Both the position numbers and the translations under genes were made by a program. A stretch of 64,000 nt of DNA from Macrostomum lignano (Eukaryota), in contig NIVC01002011.1 of NCBI GenBank assembly GCA_002269645.1, positions 1 through 64,000 of the forward strand, given 5' to 3'. The notes under the pieces are model-generated. The model had not been told where the DNA came from and did not search any database. It saw nothing but the letters and a program-made list of their open reading frames with translations. Positions 60,222-64,000 of the stretch are shown here, piece after piece; the stretch's first letter is position 1; every line of letters starts with the position of its first letter.

Positions 60222-60298
60222 AGCAGAGCAGCTCAGCGGTGAACGCGTCTGACTCTCCCGTAGCTACGACCCCTGGTTTGATTCCGTGCGCGGTCAAG
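60222..60298 (+). mobile_element. Degenerate tRNA-like (Pol III A/B box) head, probable SINE remnant
   Basis: A-box-like CAGCTCAGCGG (60229-60239) and B-box-like GGTTTGATTCC (60275-60285); no intact cloverleaf. Confidence 0.45.
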
Positions 60299-60425
60299 TT
60301 CATCTAGAGCTTAAGTGAAATAAAAATTGGCTGAGAGGTTCTCATGCAATTCATATCCATGATGGCCAAGCCCCAAGGTACAGAGAGCTAGTTTACATGC
60401 CTGACTATGAGACAGCAGAGCAACC

Positions 60426-60853
60426 CTGTGTGAGCGACTCCAGAGAGAGTATATCCTGTGTGAGCGACTCCAGAGAGAGTATATCCTGTGTGAGCGACTC
60501 CAGAGAGAGTATATCCTGTGTGAGCGACTCCAGAGAGAGTATATCCTGTGTGAGCGACTCCAGAGAGAGTATATCCTGTGTGAGCGACTCCAGAGAGAGT
60601 ATATCCTGTGTGAGCGACTCCAGAGAGAGTATATCCTGTGTGAGCGACTCCAGAGAGAGTATATCCTGTGTGAGCGACTCCAGAGAGAGTATATCCTGTG
60701 TGAGCGACTCCAGAGAGTATATCCTGTGTGAGCGACTCCAGAGAGAGTATATCCTGTATGAGCGACTCCAGAGAGAGTATATCCTGTGTGAGCGACTCCA
60801 GAGAGAGTATATCCTGTGTGAGCGACTCCAGAGAGAGTATATCCTGTGTGAGC
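60426..60853. repeat. 30-bp minisatellite (cctgtgtgagcgactccagagagagtatat), about 14 copies
   Basis: Tandem units continuous with the reading frame of the minus-strand orphan gene. Confidence 0.95.
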
Positions 60854-61260
60854 GTGTGCATATCGAATATGTGCTCAGGAGTCAGCGCAGAATCCCAGCA
60901 GGCTCCCAGCCCCGCAGTCTTAAACAGTGATACTAAATATTTATAGTGAATCTGCAATGAGATGCTACTAACGGCTTGCATCGTGTCCTCCAGTTGGTCT
61001 CCCACAGCCCCGGCGGCCCGCAGCTCGCCAGCCAGCCGAGCTAACAACTCCTTCGGCGTCCGCTCGTGCACCCGATGATTCAGCAGCCGGAATCGGTACC
61101 TCTGTAGCACCTCCGAGACAGCCGGCGACGGCTCGGAGCGCCTGGCGAGGCTGTCCACAGCGGTCAGGGCCCAAAGCTCCGGGTGCGAACCGCCGCAGTG
61201 ACACTGCGCTGCGAGTACGGCGGCTGCTGTTAACAGCGCGAATTCCAGGCTCAACTGCAT
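60850..61260 (-). CDS. 5' part of an uncharacterised secreted protein (signal peptide); 3' structure unresolved
   Basis: ATG at 61260; MQLSLEFALLTAAAVLAAQCHC-GG signal-peptide-like; GC-rich coding-like sequence to about 60978, then either a 54-nt in-frame intron or read-through into TAGLGACWDSALTPEHIFDMH. Confidence 0.55.
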
Positions 61261-62171
61261 GAGATTTTTTTGGCAACCCGGTTGACTTTTTCGGCAGTCA
61301 GTCTGACATGATAGCTAAAATTTAGCTGGCCTTTTTTTAAAACGCTAGTTAAATCTTAGCCACGCTTATCTCCTTTCGACAGCTGCGCCACTTCTCAGCA
61401 AGGCCGCAGGACCAGTCTATCCCACGCCACTGATGCGTCAATTTGACGTATTATGACAGCAGATTGATTTTATGCTTCTCTGTATTCGGTAGCCTCATTG
61501 ACAAGTAGAAACTTGTTAGAAATAAGCTAAGGTAATGGATAAATAATCAGCGGTCCCAGTGCGTGAAAACACCTATGCTTTACCGAAGCTGAGTCAAGAA
61601 AAGTCGCCAAAGAACTGCACTCGGCCATAGACAATAAAGCGAATCAAGTGGACAGCTCACAATTCAATAAGTTTCTTTTGTCACGCATAGCAACCAGCAT
61701 TGTATTTTAAAAGCCAACTTGCTGAGTTTATAAAAATGACACAGCGGCCCGTGCTTCCGTCGTCAGTGTTGCTCACCTGGCGCTAGGAAGTAGGGAAGAT
61801 GAGGGCAAGACATGAGTAAAAATGATGCAAAGAATTGCAAACATATCTTTTTAACATGACCGACGATAAGAAAATTGCTTGGAATAAATGGGGTCACTTT
61901 CTCAAGCTCTTTATTTATTTTAAGCTCGAAATTTCACATCTTTGAAAATAAAAAACCGTCACTTCCAGTACCTTGAATCTTCAAGCTCGATTTTGACAAA
62001 ATTTTCGAGTTTTGAGTTATTGCTCGCATATAGTGTGACCTGTGGCTATTTTTTAGCATCTTTAATATACACCAATACAAGCTGTTGAAACCCACGGATT
62101 TTAAAGCCGCTGAATTCCAATCCCGGAACTGCTGCATAATTCTTAAATCTAAACTCGTACTGAAACAAAAA

Positions 62172-62620
62172 CTAGTTATACGTCAATAGTTACGATAGAT
62201 AGAGGTACTGTCCATGCCAGTCAATGCTGAACTAAGTACAGCTGTACTAACTTTCATAGATGTTTATTGTAGAGCCTGTGGATATACCAAATTCCTAGTT
62301 CTCCCCTAAGAGCAAAAATGAAGAGGCCAGCTGCATTTCCAACACGTGAGTATGCGACATAAACTTGGCCATGTGAGAAGCAGTGTTGATTCCGGCCACC
62401 TTTAGCGATTTTCCTTGGGCTTTATTTTTAGTCATGGCAAAGCAAACCTTCACAGGGAAGTGCACTCGCTTGAACTGAAAAGGCAAGTCCGATGGAATAA
62501 TCGAAATTCTCGGAATAAACACAGATTGCCTTATGATGTATTCCGTCAAGTTTTTGCCCCAATCACATTCTAAGAGAGTTGCTTGACGATTAGCCTGGTG
62601 CTGTTACATACTCGAAGCTT
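62172..62620 (-). mobile_element. Helitron 3' fragment (PIF1-type helicase C-terminus, degenerate)
   Basis: LRVCNSTRLIVKQL; VFIPRISIIPSDLPFQFKRVHFPVKVCFAMTKNKAQGKSLKVAGI; after a frameshift, CFSHGQVYVAYSRVG. Candidate CTAG|T terminus at 62172-62175. Confidence 0.85.
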
Positions 62621-63000
62621 TGGGATATTTTAATTGCGCAAAAATCAGCTAAAGAGGGAGCTAGATTAACTAACTGAGCAAGACAGCGTCCTAGACTCAA
62701 CCGAACAAGAGAGGAACACTAAAAATACCTTATCAACCATTAATAATCCTATCCTATCCTATGCGGCGGCAGAGGACTCAGCTCAGCAGCAGCGACGTCA
62801 GCGACGCCAGCAGCAGCGTCAGCGGCCTGACGCCCGGAAACAGGTTGTCCTGTTAATAAGTTTCCCTGGGGACCCCCTAAAACCGAATGTCCCTGGCCGC
62901 GCGTCAGCCGTTATATGTAATCGGCTCTTACAGTTGTGTATTATTCATTCATTATACCGCAGAATTATAAAATTAAAAAACAGTGCAGAACTTTACACTT

Positions 63001-63790
63001 ACTACTTACTACTGACGGAGAGCGTAGGCGCCGCGAATAGGCCGCGAGGCCCCTATCGCAACCCCAAGGTAAAAGAGCACAAGGATTAACCCTGGGGGTG
63101 CACCCAGTCCCCGCCAGTAGTCGGCAGGTTCGCAGTGGAGGCATCGGCGACCCTCATCCGGCCGGAGTCCCGGACGAAGGCGCGAAGGTCACGGATATTA
63201 TCCAGGGTGGTCAGCTCGTTCATCCGCTGGGGGTGGCCGAGATATGAATGCCGCGCCTTGTAAGGGCAGGTGACGTGATGCTCCGCGGTCTCCTCTCCTA
63301 TGCCACAGAAAGGACAGGTAGGAGGGCAACCGGTTTGCAACGAGATATATCTCTGGAAGAAACCATGGCCGGTTAGGACCATGCACATCTCCCTGAGGTC
63401 GGTTCTGTTAAGCGAAATAAGATAATCAGAGACTTTCCTGTTCAGGTTAGGCATGGCAGAGCGGGTTTGCCTGTACTCGGTGCAGCTGTTCCAGTGGAGC
63501 TGGTGCTGCTGATGGAGCCACCTGTTGATATGGCGGGTGACTTGCGACCTGGGGGTGGGTAGCCTCATCAGACGGTGGTTGCCGTCTGGGTTGCTGCCCT
63601 CCTTGGCGAGAGAGTCCGCGAGCTCGTTGCCCAGGATGTTTCTGTGACCGGGTGTCCAGATAATTCTAATCCTGTTAAGTACTGAGAGGGATTGCACACT
63701 GCGGTGGCATTGATATACTCTAGCAGCGGAGATATTCTCAGTGGTTAAGGCCTTAATAGCAGCTTGGCTATCAGTGTAAAAGTTCACGGT
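63001..63790 (-). mobile_element. 5'-truncated non-LTR retrotransposon (RNase H plus C-terminal Cys/His motif; LOA/I-group-like)
   Basis: RNase H motifs [35 protein letters not shown]; LTGHG...[18 protein letters not shown]; short 3' UTR ending in a GTAGTAA/TAAG simple-repeat tail near 63000. Confidence 0.9.
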
Positions 63791-64000
63791 TCCGGTTCGT
63801 GACGGAGAGATTCAGGATTTGGTGCTAGAATATGACCCCGTCATAAAGGCATTAGAGATCCCAAAATTCAACCACTATTGGAAATGCTCCGCCGGAGGCG
63901 TTAAGAAATTTTCTGATGTAAATTTTAAACTCGTCCACAAATGTGCCAAGCGCCAATGACTTGTAAACTATAATAATATAAAGAAAATCCATAAGTCCAG

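Noticed and set aside
60222-60298. Possible functional tRNA gene
   Set aside because: Acceptor and anticodon stems do not pair and the B-box is mutated; treated as a SINE remnant

Overview
Eukaryotic (animal) genomic DNA. GC-rich exons sit in introns packed with private minisatellites, a pattern typical of the flatworm Macrostomum lignano (organism inferred, not proven). Manual exon reconstruction supports five recognisable genes: (1) PIGN, GPI ethanolamine-phosphate transferase 1 (minus, 14 visible exons, <1-15323, runs off the left edge), with a U12-type intron and about 7 clustered small frameshifts in its 3' exons; (2) an NKRF-like dsRBD/R3H protein (minus, 28998-37216) with a degenerate G-patch; (3) GOLPH3 (plus, 45215-46562); (4) a tandem cyclic-nucleotide-binding-domain protein (plus, 52780-57564) with an RFX X-box upstream; (5) an intronless aerolysin/natterin-type beta-pore-forming toxin (minus, 57829-59025) whose N-terminus is three unusual 4-Cys repeats. 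Two orphan genes are also supported: a two-TM protein at 19132-20714 and a signal-peptide protein starting at 61260. Mobile DNA includes a full-length tRNA-derived SINE with TSDs, several TIR/MITE elements, a Helitron helicase fragment and a 5'-truncated RNase-H-bearing LINE. More than 30 tandem arrays (15-58 bp units) account for most long ORFs in the supplied track, which are artefacts. All homology calls come from recalled family motifs; no database search was run.
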